Positions 16,546-25,764 of a stretch of DNA of 35,562 nucleotides are shown here, in pieces. Location: IMG/VR virus record IMGVR_UViG_3300049856_000058, positions 1 to 35,562 of that record; one strand, given 5' to 3'. Origin of the DNA: a virus (lineage: Duplodnaviria; Caudoviricetes). How positions within the stretch are numbered: position 1 is the stretch's first letter; the number at the start of each line of letters is the position of its first letter. The position numbers were made by a program, and so were the translations under genes. Under the pieces are notes generated by a model. It made no database searches. It worked only from the letters and a program-made list of their open reading frames with translations, and had not been told where the DNA came from.

Positions 16546-18767
16546 TCTGTCACCTCGTCAATCTGGCCCTGATACTGCGCGCCTGATGGTGCTGTGATGT
16601 TCATGCGCTTTGAGCCGCCACCAACGTAAACCTGCACAGGCTCACGAGGTTTCTGAAGCTCGGCAAGGATCGCGGCTAGATGGTCGGGCTTCGGTTCTTC
16701 TGGGACAGTCTGCCCCTGTTCAGGCTGTGCCGCCCCATTCTCAGCCATGCCGCTTTCTGGCGGTTCTTCTTCAGCCATCTCGCCAAGCGTCTGAATGATC
16801 AACTGCCGGATTGCTTCCTGCTGCTGCTGATCGCCACCACTGAGCGACATCGCTAGTTGCTCGTTAGCCAACTGCACGCCTGCGGTTTCGGCCTCGACCT
16901 TCTCCCGCTGCGCTTCCTTAAGCTCAACATCAGCCTTGGCCACGCGCATCTTGATCAGGACTTCAGGATCAGGCGGCGGCGGTTCTGGCGGCTGTTCAGG
17001 TTCCTCGCCATCCATCGGCTTCGCGAGACCGGGCGGCAGAGTCTTGCGCAAACGGTCAGCAAGCTCGTCCATCCCCGGACCATCGTGCGCTCGCACAAGT
17101 AGGTCTGCGCCCACCTGCGATACCTGCGGGATAGCCGTAGCGAGTTCGGTGAGTGCCTGGCGCATCTCCATCCGCTTGGTCTGGAACGATGGCCCAACAG
17201 CCACTTCAACTTCATGGCGTCCTACAGTCAGGTCCATGTCTGGGTCGCCGTTGTTGACGGTGTATGAAGCGGTCGAATCGTCTGGGTTCATCGTGCGCAG
17301 CGTGCGCTTGTTGTTGTAGACGCGCGGAATCATGTCCAAGGTGACCATGCCACCGTAGCCGATGGCCGTAGCAAGCATGTCTGGGAAGTCATAGGTGGCG
17401 TTATCGCCCTGCGCCTGCACAGCCAGAATCGCTCGGCCCGATGTCTCTTGGCTTGAGTTACCCAACGACCGATCAAAGATGCCCATGCACGCCTTGATGT
17501 CGTCAACCATCTGGCCGGCCATGTAGACCTCTGCCTGACTGATCTGCGACGGCTGCTGCCGCTGTGGCGGACCGGGAGCTAGCGGGTCAGCGGTGTAGAC
17601 CAGCGTCGAATCCGTAGACTTGTTTGCGTTCGCCCACTGCTGTGGATTCGCGCCAACCTGAATTGCAGTCGCGATGAACGGCTGCTTAGCCGACATCGAA
17701 CTGCGCTCGGCAATGCTCGAAATGGTGAAGTTGTAGAGCTGCTGCGGCCCCTTCGCGTCCCTAATTAGGGACCAGTGGTGCATCTTGTCACCGACCCATT
17801 GCCTCGGCCCTTCGACGGAGACGATGGGGATGTACTTCGACGGGAACTCGTGCGGTCCGTCAAGGATCGTCACACCATTCATCGTCGCGCACATGACCTT
17901 GCGCTTCTTGATCTTGCGCGTGGCCATCTTCTTGGCAATCTGACCGGCGTATTCCTCGTGGTCGTCGGCGTACTGATACATCTCAGCTTCGCCATCCACG
18001 ACATCGCCGTTATCGAGCACCGTGCGCTTGATTTCTTCCTCTTCGATGTACCAGTACTCGCACACGCGAACGGTTTCTTGGGTCCGCCACTCGAAGAAGT
18101 AGCCCTGTTCCCAGCCACCATCCCAACTCTGGGTGGATTCGCCAGGGTATCGAGCCTTGAACGCCTCGTTGCTCATGTCCTCAACGACATGCACGAAGCG
18201 ATCATCAGACCGGTCTAGCCGCTTGCCATCCGGGTCACGGTAGACGCTGAAGGGTGACGATATCGGCTCGAAATAGATTTCCTGATCGAAGCCCTCGTCA
18301 TCACAATAGCGCGTACAAATGCGCCACGAACCACGAAACCCGCCGCGAACCATCAGTTCATAGGCAGGCATGTAAATGTTTTGCGCCTTCGATGTCGCCT
18401 CAATCTGGCGAATCAAGCCCTCAATGACCTCAGCCTTTTTCTTGGCAGCCTTCTCCGCCTGCGGGTCATCCGTGCCGGCCGGAATGATCTTGATGCCCGG
18501 ACGATTCTGCCGAGCGTCGTTGATTACCTGCTTGATGCTTGCCGCGAGCCGGTTGACCGTAATCATGGGCCGGCCTTCAGCCTCGCGCCGCTGCGCCTCA
18601 CCCTGCGGCCACTGACCTTCACCGCCCGAACTGAACTTCAAGTCTTCGGCGCAAAGCTCCCGGTCGCGCCGCTCGTGTTGGTCGGCACGCTTCCAGTCAT
18701 CCATCGCCCGCTTGTGCAGCGCGGCTTCCTTCTCAGTCATCACCCGATGAGTTTTCACCCCATCCAT
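16542..18767 (-). CDS. portal protein (P22 gp1-like; alternative start 18740)
   Basis: EDLKF...GQWP...RPMITVNRL...RQNRPGIK, LIRDAKGPQQLYN, ETSGRAILA, VGPSFQTKR and PGMDELADRLRK motifs. Confidence 0.93.
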   Translation of the reverse strand: MDGVKTHRVMTEKEAALHKRAMDDWKRADQHERRDRELCAEDLKFSSGGEGQWPQGEAQRREAEGRPMITVNRLAASIKQVINDARQNRPGIKIIPAGTDDPQAEKAAKKKAEVIEGLIRQIEATSKAQNIYMPAYELMVRGGFRGSWRICTRYCDDEGFDQEIYFEPISSPFSVYRDPDGKRLDRSDDRFVHVVEDMSNEAFKARYPGESTQSWDGGWEQGYFFEWRTQETVRVCEYWYIEEEEIKRTVLDNGDVVDGEAEMYQYADDHEEYAGQIAKKMATRKIKKRKVMCATMNGVTILDGPHEFPSKYIPIVSVEGPRQWVGDKMHHWSLIRDAKGPQQLYNFTISSIAERSSMSAKQPFIATAIQVGANPQQWANANKSTDSTLVYTADPLAPGPPQRQQPSQISQAEVYMAGQMVDDIKACMGIFDRSLGNSSQETSGRAILAVQAQGDNATYDFPDMLATAIGYGGMVTLDMIPRVYNNKRTLRTMNPDDSTASYTVNNGDPDMDLTVGRHEVEVAVGPSFQTKRMEMRQALTELATAIPQVSQVGADLLVRAHDGPGMDELADRLRKTLPPGLAKPMDGEEPEQPPEPPPPDPEVLIKMRVAKADVELKEAQREKVEAETAGVQLANEQLAMSLSGGDQQQQEAIRQLIIQTLGEMAEEEPPESGMAENGAAQPEQGQTVPEEPKPDHLAAILAELQKPREPVQVYVGGGSKRMNITAPSGAQYQGQIDEVTE

Positions 18768-20263
18768 GCGCCAACCCCTTGCCGAACTGGCCTGTGGAAT
18801 GCTGATAGGTCCGGCTTCGCTGCAACCGGCTGGGCGAACGTCAGAGCAACCGCGTCACCCTTGTCAGGCGATCTGCGCAGCCGCTTCTTTAGGTCTTTTT
18901 TGCTTTCGAGTTGGTACTGGCTGTTGCTTGTGTATGTGTACCGCACAACACACAGGTCAGCCTGTAGGGCGTCATCGTTTGGCACCTGCGCCGGCTGTTC
19001 CTTCAACCAGTCTCTAAGCACGCCGTACATCTCGGCCCGCTTGTTCATGTATTTCTTCTCATCTAGCGCCGATTCCCCGGCATTCACCGCAATGATCTTG
19101 TCTCCGTAGCCCATTTCCCTAAGCCGATCCACAACCCCTGCGCCAATTCCAATCACGTCGATGAATGCGTAGTCGATGCCGCTATCAAGCTCGATCTTGA
19201 CCAGCCCCACAACCTGCATAGTGTCGCGTTTCGGATGCTCAATAACCTTGGTGACCACGCGGCCTTGGCGACGGGCGAACACCGTCATGTCATCTCCGAA
19301 CCGCGCAACGTCCACCCCTAACAACTTAGGTCCGAAGGGCACGCCAGATGCCTTGCGAGCGATCTGCACCAGCGTCGGGTTAATGAACGACTGCTCCGAT
19401 GCCCCTTGGAATGCCTCATCAGGGTTTGCCGGGTACTCGCGCTGGAATCGGGACTCGTCGCCCTTGAACTCTGCGATCTTGTTCGCCCGCCATGCCATCT
19501 GCCCGTCTGTCAGGCCGTTGACGGCTTTGTAGGTCTGATCCTCTTCGCTCAGGCTCAACCGTTCAGTATCGCGGGTGTAGCCAACGTCCCAGAACCATGG
19601 GATGAATACGGCTTCGTATTGGCCTCGACCAGACACGGCCATTGCCCACTGCAAGTGAAACTCATCGCCCTCTTCATTCGCTGTGGACTCTAGGAATGCT
19701 TCGGTGTCGTCAAGGTCTGGGATGGCTTGAAGTACTCCTGAAGAGTGTTCAGCCGCATTAGGCCAGAACGCTACCTCTGAGCCGTGGAAGCCCTGCACAG
19801 TGGCAGACCTACCAACACCCTTGCTCCCGGCTGTCGCGACCATGTAGCCGCTGTCTAGCTCGCTGAACTTGAGATGCTTGGCGTTCGATGCCCCGGTGAC
19901 AGGCTTCACCAGTTGGTTGTTGAGGTGATGGAACCGCTCAGTCATGGCGAACAGGTTATCTGTGGCCTGCTGCTCATGGGTGAGGATGAATACCTGCCAG
20001 CCGTTGCGATGCGTAGCCCGCCAGTACAGTCGGCCCTGAATGTAGGTGCTGATACCTTGCTGCCGGCCCTTGAGCACGACAAGCCTGACCTTGCCTGTGC
20101 GCTTGAGTTGATCCTCTGCGCGGCTGTGCAGGTACATCTGCGCGGCATTGAGTCGCAACGGCTCCACAGGTCCGGCCTTGGGCCTGATCTTGAGGCAGCG
20201 ACGCGCATACGTCGGGAAGTCGTCCCGGAGCGTGATGCGCAGTTGGCGTTCCTTAGGTGTCAT
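18755..20263 (-). CDS. terL: terminase large subunit
   Basis: LKGRQQGIST Walker A, FHGSEVAFW Walker B, ESTA coupling motif, LGVDVARFGDD nuclease motif, RSPDKGDA. Confidence 0.95.
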   Translation of the reverse strand: MTPKERQLRITLRDDFPTYARRCLKIRPKAGPVEPLRLNAAQMYLHSRAEDQLKRTGKVRLVVLKGRQQGISTYIQGRLYWRATHRNGWQVFILTHEQQATDNLFAMTERFHHLNNQLVKPVTGASNAKHLKFSELDSGYMVATAGSKGVGRSATVQGFHGSEVAFWPNAAEHSSGVLQAIPDLDDTEAFLESTANEEGDEFHLQWAMAVSGRGQYEAVFIPWFWDVGYTRDTERLSLSEEDQTYKAVNGLTDGQMAWRANKIAEFKGDESRFQREYPANPDEAFQGASEQSFINPTLVQIARKASGVPFGPKLLGVDVARFGDDMTVFARRQGRVVTKVIEHPKRDTMQVVGLVKIELDSGIDYAFIDVIGIGAGVVDRLREMGYGDKIIAVNAGESALDEKKYMNKRAEMYGVLRDWLKEQPAQVPNDDALQADLCVVRYTYTSNSQYQLESKKDLKKRLRRSPDKGDAVALTFAQPVAAKPDLSAFHRPVRQGVGAWMG

Positions 20264-20516
20264 CTTGTGCCAGTTCCCGCAATGCTTCCTCGTGCGTCTT
20301 GTCGGCCACTACCAGTTCCTTAGGCACGAGGCTGGCAGCGACGCGAAGGTACGTCTCAGGATGATCCCTGCGAACCGTTCTGATGGCTTCTTCGCCGAAC
20401 TCCTCGAAGTCCTTAGCCAACATGGACAGCAGGGCCTCTGAGAGCCTGTTACGGCCTCCCTTGGGCCTTCCTGGGCCTCCTGGCTTGCCCTTTTGGAACT
20501 TACCGTCTGAGGCCAT
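20253..20516 (-). CDS. terS: terminase small subunit-like protein
   Basis: GKFQKGKPGGPGRPKGGRNRLSE...DFEEFG...PETYLR; overlaps the terL start. Confidence 0.75.
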   Translation of the reverse strand: MASDGKFQKGKPGGPGRPKGGRNRLSEALLSMLAKDFEEFGEEAIRTVRRDHPETYLRVAASLVPKELVVADKTHEEALRELAQDDT

Positions 20517-20537
20517 TTGAAACCTTTTGCAAAAGGC

Positions 20538-20825
20538 TCACGCATCCACCACTGCGATCTGGAATTCGAGTATCTGACGCGACCCGTCCGAGTAGTCGAG
20601 TTGGAGCCTGAACGTGTACGTCCCTGCCCACTCCGCCGATACCAATGCGGACCAGCCCGCTGTGCTCTGGGCCTCGCTAGTGAGCGATAGGCCAGAGTCA
20701 ACGTCAGTCGCAGCAGCGGTCGTCAGCGTCACGCCCCTCGCGTCAAGGTAAGGCGTCGTGTCATGCGACACCGGCACAATCTCATCTGTGAGTTGCTCAT
20801 ATCGCCGGAAAACCCCTCTACTCAT
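20538..20825 (-). CDS. small beta-sandwich protein (fibre adaptor-like)
   Basis: 95 aa, coupled by ATGA; AGTYTFRLQLDYSDGSRQ...IAV strand pattern. Confidence 0.6.
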   Translation of the reverse strand: MSRGVFRRYEQLTDEIVPVSHDTTPYLDARGVTLTTAAATDVDSGLSLTSEAQSTAGWSALVSAEWAGTYTFRLQLDYSDGSRQILEFQIAVVDA

Positions 20826-21190
20826 CGCGGCGGACTCACTGATGCGCGGTTGATCACAGGACTCAGCGAGTGCCGAGCGGTCACGACAAGCGGAGTCGTC
20901 GGGTCGGAATCCTCGAACAAGCGATAGACCACCAGCGCCCGCCTGTCAGCGGCACCAATCGCCCCGTCTGGGTAAGGGAAGACTCGCCCTAAAATCGAAA
21001 ACCCAATTGCCGATGCGCGCTTGTTCCGCTGAATAATCGACGGCGGCTCTACTGGGCTTGGAAACCCCGCGTAGCCGAAGCTCTGCCGCCGATCAAATGC
21101 AGACCGTGCGCCATCCGGTGTCGCGTGGACAGCGCCAAGCCCGAACCTACCTACGCAGGAGGCTCGCTTGTTGCGCGTATCAACACTCAA
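20822..21190 (-). CDS. hypothetical protein with two RNKRAS...PDGA...DRR repeats
   Basis: 122 aa with a visible internal duplication; overlaps both neighbours. Confidence 0.65.
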   Translation of the reverse strand: MSVDTRNKRASCVGRFGLGAVHATPDGARSAFDRRQSFGYAGFPSPVEPPSIIQRNKRASAIGFSILGRVFPYPDGAIGAADRRALVVYRLFEDSDPTTPLVVTARHSLSPVINRASVSPPR

Positions 21191-21753
21191 CTGAACTTAC
21201 CGCGCACGAAGGTCGTTCCGTCATCTGAGATAGCCGCTGTGCCGATAGTCGCGCTGTCGCCGTCATTGCGCAGAAGTTGCTGCGAACTGGTCTCACTGAT
21301 CTTGTTTTTGACCGCTGCGAATATCCAGTTGACCTTTTCTGTCAGCGTCGCAGTAGCCCCGGGCGGCGTAGTCGGCTCGGCCGTGGCCAGCGTCAACTTA
21401 ACGCTCAGGTTGTCGGTGCTTTGGAACGAGTCGAACACGTTCGCAGTGACCACCTCGAAGTCTGCCCACACAGGCAGGAACGTAGCCGCGTCAGTCATCT
21501 GCACCCGCAAATGGCCAAGCGTTCCCGTATCTGTAGCATTCAGAGATACCAGATAGTTGCCGTAGCTATCGTAGGTTGACGCCGTGACAGTGGCAGCCCT
21601 GACAGCCAATGCGCCACCGTTCTTCGACAGCTTGATGCCAGTCGTCCCGTTGTCCAAAGCTGACACAAGGCCAGTCTCCAGCGTCACGCCGTCCGTCTTG
21701 TCCAAAAACGGCCCGAACGAGATTACCCGTGCCGTTGATTGCTTGATCATCAT
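21187..21753 (-). CDS. putative structural protein
   Basis: IKQSTAR...FGPFLDKTDGVT...LSKNGGA...G.Y...L...DTGTLG.L; Thr-rich. Confidence 0.7.
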   Translation of the reverse strand: MMIKQSTARVISFGPFLDKTDGVTLETGLVSALDNGTTGIKLSKNGGALAVRAATVTASTYDSYGNYLVSLNATDTGTLGHLRVQMTDAATFLPVWADFEVVTANVFDSFQSTDNLSVKLTLATAEPTTPPGATATLTEKVNWIFAAVKNKISETSSQQLLRNDGDSATIGTAAISDDGTTFVRGKFS

Positions 21754-23975
21754 TACGCGGCACTCCGCATTTGGGTGTTGTGCATGAACAGGGGAACGCT
21801 AGCGGCGGCTTGAAATGCTGCGCTGGTGACCGTTTCAGAGGTTTTCAGGTAGTCATCCAGAGCGGCTTCGGTGCCTGCGCCTTTGTGGACAACGTGGAAG
21901 TAGTAATTCGTCGCAGGCGTCAGGGTCGCACCGCTTAGGGTGATGTTCTGCACGCCCGACGCGCTCACGGCTTGGTTGCCGCTGAACCCAGCAGATACCG
22001 TTGTGCCGGTGATGTCCTTGGCAAGCAGCATGTGGTCCCAATCAGGCGCAGTCGCGATTGTGCTGATGATCCAGTACAGCGTGCCGTCGCCGCAGTTGGT
22101 CGTGACGTTGCCGAGTGCTGCTGTTGCGGTCTGCGCTGAGAGCTTCGGCAGCCATCCACCAATACCCGCAGTCAGCGAGTCGTGCCCAAGCCCACGCCCA
22201 GATGCGTTACGCGGCAGCCATCGGCGGCGAAGCCATTGGACGCACAGCTTCATCTGCGTGTCTGTGATGGATGTCGGATAGGTGCCGTTGTGCGCAGCCA
22301 GCATCAGCGTGCGGGCATTAGCAAAGGAGCCTGTCGCAGAGGCACTTTGGCCCAAGTTGATCAGCCGCTGACCCCACCATGCCGCCCATGTGTCCATGTT
22401 CCCCGTGCCTGTGTTGATCAGGTCAGGGTCAAGGGTCAGGTCGTTGGTGTATGGAGGCGCGGCCTGTGTCGCGGAGCCTGCGGGTGCACCGACAGTCTGA
22501 TAGAACTTCGCTGGCGTGTTGCAGAGAGTCGAGAATCCCCAGTTATGAGTCGCGTTTGCGGCAGTCAACGGATTTGCCGTTGTTTGCGCGCTTTGCATTT
22601 GAAATAGCAAACCGTCTGGCGGGTCGTCCTTTCCTGAAACCACTAAGTTACTTTTCAGCGATGAAACTCGGCTCGCCCCGTTGTCTGATGTCTCGCCGAC
22701 AGTAATTGCTCGTGTCGATGTCGATAGCGTTGCGCTCGATACCCCAGCGCAATGGTTAAATGCAACCGCACCTCGTGTACTGACTGGCTGATTCCCCGTG
22801 AACCAAACCCCACCCTGCCCGCCATCTGAGTTTTTGCAGAAAACTGTTTTCTCCACCGTGATCAGAGATGCGTCCAGCGAGCTATAAAACGAGCAGTCCC
22901 CGTCTTGTTCAGTTCCGCTGTAGCAGTACACGCCACCGCTCAGGGTGCGCGGCCCGTTCAGTCCAGTAACCGATAGCCAATGCGGGTTGGCTACCGCATT
23001 GTCTCGCCACAAAACCTCATTGCTGACGCTTGTTGCGCCGGATGATGGGTGAAAAGGGCCGGGGCCGTCTGGACTCGCTCCTGCGCCGTTTCGTTTTACG
23101 TTCCAGCAATCGACCAGCGATTCGTATCCTCCCGTGCCTTGGATGGTGAAATTGTTGTCAAAGTAATTTTCGTTGGCAGTAAATGCCACTACTGCGCCCC
23201 ATCCTCCCGAAGAGTTTACGTCTAGGTCGAATGTATTTTGCGTAACAACCCTATTGACTGTCGAACTCCCCGACAGTCTGAGATTTTGCGCGCCTGTGCT
23301 ACTAGTCCAAGTATTCCATTCCCATGTTGCCGTCCATCCTCCAGCCGCTGTGCTCAGACCAGAAGCTGCGCTTATGTCATCGCATGCGGTGAAGTCGCAA
23401 TGCGATGACTCGAACTTACCTCCTACCGAAGTAATGTTCAGGCCAAGCGTCCATCCGACGCTGCTTGCAGACCGCTGCATGCGGATCATCTTGGCGCGCA
23501 ATGACGCGGTACCGTTAATGTCCAGCTGGCCCGAATTCGATACGACACCAGAATCCTGATACCACGAGTATCCGACAGGCGAACTGACTTCGGCGTTGTC
23601 ATTGAGCACGAGCTTGCCGGTGCCACTCACGCCGCAGCGGAATCGGTACTCGGTTGTCGTCGCCTGGAATGACGGGTCGATGTTCCACTTGCCGCCGCCG
23701 TTGACCGTGATGACACCGCCGCCAGTGATGTCAGTCGTGCAGCGTGTGTTCAGTTGTCCGTTGATGATCAGTTGGGCGGTGCCGGACAGCACAAGGTCAG
23801 CCGCAGCCGTCGCGCTGGTCGGGTCAGTGCCCATGTTGGCCGTGGTGGCCGCGACGACTGTCACCGTGATGCCGGTGTTGATCGTGACCGTATCGCCCGC
23901 TACGGGCGCAGCAGCGCCGCCCCACGTCGCCGTGTCGGTCCAGATGCCTGTAACGCTTGCTGTTCGGGCTGCCAT
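21753..23975 (-). CDS. large fibre / adhesin-like protein (G8-like N-terminus, beta-helix-like core, Ig-like C-terminus)
   Basis: 740 aa. GIWTDTATWGG..P..GDTVTI..G.TVT start, Ser/Thr/Gly/Asn-rich core, GTLYWI...LTPATNYYFHVVH end. Confidence 0.7.
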   Translation of the reverse strand: MAARTASVTGIWTDTATWGGAAAPVAGDTVTINTGITVTVVAATTANMGTDPTSATAAADLVLSGTAQLIINGQLNTRCTTDITGGGVITVNGGGKWNIDPSFQATTTEYRFRCGVSGTGKLVLNDNAEVSSPVGYSWYQDSGVVSNSGQLDINGTASLRAKMIRMQRSASSVGWTLGLNITSVGGKFESSHCDFTACDDISAASGLSTAAGGWTATWEWNTWTSSTGAQNLRLSGSSTVNRVVTQNTFDLDVNSSGGWGAVVAFTANENYFDNNFTIQGTGGYESLVDCWNVKRNGAGASPDGPGPFHPSSGATSVSNEVLWRDNAVANPHWLSVTGLNGPRTLSGGVYCYSGTEQDGDCSFYSSLDASLITVEKTVFCKNSDGGQGGVWFTGNQPVSTRGAVAFNHCAGVSSATLSTSTRAITVGETSDNGASRVSSLKSNLVVSGKDDPPDGLLFQMQSAQTTANPLTAANATHNWGFSTLCNTPAKFYQTVGAPAGSATQAAPPYTNDLTLDPDLINTGTGNMDTWAAWWGQRLINLGQSASATGSFANARTLMLAAHNGTYPTSITDTQMKLCVQWLRRRWLPRNASGRGLGHDSLTAGIGGWLPKLSAQTATAALGNVTTNCGDGTLYWIISTIATAPDWDHMLLAKDITGTTVSAGFSGNQAVSASGVQNITLSGATLTPATNYYFHVVHKGAGTEAALDDYLKTSETVTSAAFQAAASVPLFMHNTQMRSAA

Positions 23976-24007
23976 CTATTCTTGCACCATACAGACAAAT
24001 ACGAAGA

Positions 24008-24481
24008 TCAAGGGAGCGCGCACACCCTGCCCGCTGGCAGGCATTCGGTAGCTTTGGCGTCGCTCGCTGCCGGCGACACAACCGCTTTCGGACGGAGCTT
24101 TGGGACAATCAGAACCGCCGGGCTCTTTGCGGACGCGAAACCTCCTAACGTCGGATCGCCACCGGGCTGAATCGCGACAGCCTCAATCCGCACCCAGGTA
24201 GGACGGTCAATGTTTATGATCGCTGTCGGAGCGCCCGATCCCGTGCTTTGGAAGCCGGTCGGCCGCCCTTCCTCGATTGGCAACGTCCCTGTGCCGTAAA
24301 AATAGATGTTATGCCCGATGATGTTGCTCGCAGGCAGTGGTGTGGCAGGTACAGCTGGAGTTGTCGCTGTTGCCAGAATTGCATCGTCGTACTCAGTTGG
24401 CAGCGTCCACGATATTGGGCGCGGGCCGGCGCCCACATACAGCGCAGAAAGCGCGAGGATTGCGGCGAGTAGCCTACGCAT
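24008..24481 (-). CDS. signal-peptide protein with an FN3-like domain
   Basis: Start MRRLLAAILALSALYVGA; ISWTLPTEYDD...PL...IIGHNIY...SAKS pattern. Confidence 0.6.
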   Translation of the reverse strand: MRRLLAAILALSALYVGAGPRPISWTLPTEYDDAILATATTPAVPATPLPASNIIGHNIYFYGTGTLPIEEGRPTGFQSTGSGAPTAIINIDRPTWVRIEAVAIQPGGDPTLGGFASAKSPAVLIVPKLRPKAVVSPAASDAKATECLPAGRVCALP

Positions 24482-24677
24482 GGAACGGGGCCTGGGTTGA
24501 GCGGTCGATGAGGCGCATGGCACCGCACTGGTGGCAGGAGTTGTTGAGGTACTTGCCGGCATCCGATGGGATCGCGCCGACGATGTGATAGGCGAGCTGC
24601 TTGGGCTCGGTCCACCCCTGCCAGGCACACACTGTGCATTGAGCCAGCACAGCTGATGGGCTTGGGGATGCGCTCAT
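24474..24677 (-). CDS. small zinc-ribbon-like protein
   Basis: CTVC...CHQC; ATGA overlap with the endolysin stop. Confidence 0.55.
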   Translation of the reverse strand: MSASPSPSAVLAQCTVCAWQGWTEPKQLAYHIVGAIPSDAGKYLNNSCHQCGAMRLIDRSTQAPFHA

Positions 24678-25054
24678 GGATAAACCCATCTTGCCGGCCT
24701 GCGCTTTCCGAACTCGCTCGACTGGATGTCGTCGATATGAACGTATGTCTTGGCGACGCCAATGCCCGTAAAACCGTGACGCTGCGCAAGTGCGATGAAA
24801 GCATTCCGCCTGACAGGCAGCATAGCCACATCGATAGCGCGCCCTTTGGCGTGACCGCCAGGGTCAGGCTTGGCTGCTTCAATGGGATGCTGTGGGCACC
24901 GATAGCCGCTGTTGATGTGCATTGGCGCGCCCCATTCAGTTCGGAGTGCTTGTAGCCGGTCCAGCGTGGCCATATTCATGCCGTGCGCGCCGCAGTGCTT
25001 GCATGCGAATTCACCGGGCATGAAGTTCGGCCAATGCCAATCAGGGGTTGGCAT
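24674..25054 (-). CDS. endolysin, peptidase M15 family
   Basis: NF...EFACK, INSGYRCPQH, H..GRAID and GIGV...YVHID Zn-peptidase motifs. Confidence 0.9.
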   Translation of the reverse strand: MPTPDWHWPNFMPGEFACKHCGAHGMNMATLDRLQALRTEWGAPMHINSGYRCPQHPIEAAKPDPGGHAKGRAIDVAMLPVRRNAFIALAQRHGFTGIGVAKTYVHIDDIQSSEFGKRRPARWVYP

Positions 25055-25247
25055 TGTGACCGATGCCCGTGCCGCCTACCGCGATCAGCGCAAGGCCGGC
25101 TAGTTGCGCCCACACGCTAGGCAGCGTTTGCAGGTAGCCGCCGAGCACGATGCTTGCGCCACCTACGTGCGTGCTGACCTGTTTGGCGTTGTCAGCACTC
25201 AGAACGTGCCGATACCAGTGATTAGTTTTCTTGCCGTCGCCTGCCAT
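25041..25247 (-). CDS. putative holin
   Basis: 68 aa with two short hydrophobic segments, directly upstream of the endolysin. Confidence 0.5.
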   Translation of the reverse strand: MAGDGKKTNHWYRHVLSADNAKQVSTHVGGASIVLGGYLQTLPSVWAQLAGLALIAVGGTGIGHNANP

Positions 25248-25248
25248 G

Positions 25249-25524
25249 TCACGCCCCCTTTGCTGGTAACCGGTCAACGATAGTGTCGAGCCGGTCAAAA
25301 ATGCGGTTGTGCTGTTCGGTGATCTCGGCCCGTAGCGCGGCGATGTCGCTTTTCAACTCAGACTTCAGTTCGGCCCTGCCTCGATCAGCTTCGGCCCGCG
25401 TGTAGATCGTTGATTCGATCTGGCCAATGCGCTTGCTGTGATCGTCGAGGGTGGAGCGCATAACCGCGCTCACGAGTCCCACGATCCCGAGCACCAACAG
25501 TTCAACGATTCTCCACGGATCCAT
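25249..25524 (-). CDS. membrane-anchored coiled-coil lysis-associated protein
   Basis: MDPWRIVELLVLGIVGLVSAVM transmembrane segment followed by a coiled coil ending RIFDRLD. Confidence 0.6.
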   Translation of the reverse strand: MDPWRIVELLVLGIVGLVSAVMRSTLDDHSKRIGQIESTIYTRAEADRGRAELKSELKSDIAALRAEITEQHNRIFDRLDTIVDRLPAKGA

Positions 25525-25703
25525 CTGGCCTGCCCCTGCTTGTTCTTTTTGGGGCGCGCCTTGGGCACGGCATGTGCCGGACGCACTGAGTGGAGCTGCG
25601 ATGCGGTCATGCGTGGCTATGCTCCGGGGCTGATGTTGGGCGAAGGCACCGTAATAGCACAATACTGGCTAAACGCCATCAGTTTTATAGGCTTCAAACC
25701 AAT

Positions 25704-25735
25704 GTGAGTGTTCACTAACGTAAGTGGTCACTAAC
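25704..25735. repeat. two tandem 16-bp quasi-palindromes
   Basis: GTGAGTGTTCACTAAC followed by GTAAGTGGTCACTAAC; the ideal dyad is GTTAGTG-NN-CACTAAC. Confidence 0.8.
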
Positions 25736-25741
25736 CTGCGC

Positions 25742-25764
25742 AGTGCTACAGACGTGCTACAGGC
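25742..25764 (-). promoter_or_regulatory. putative late promoter / activator site, copy 1
   Basis: AGTGCTACAGACGTGCTACAGGC, matching 14226-14248; upstream of the lysis/late unit. Confidence 0.6.

Noticed and set aside
18381-19109. 242-aa plus-strand ORF
   Set aside because: Antisense shadow of portal/terL, expected in GC-rich DNA.
24214-24882. 222-aa minus-strand ORF inside the lysis region as a possible embedded spanin
   Set aside because: No transmembrane segment or lipobox, and it overlaps three better-supported ORFs.
25470-25610. 46-aa basic minus-strand ORF (MTASQLHSVRP...) ahead of the lysis genes
   Set aside because: GGAG spacing is long, it overlaps the next gene by about 55 nt and it has no recognisable features; too weak to call.
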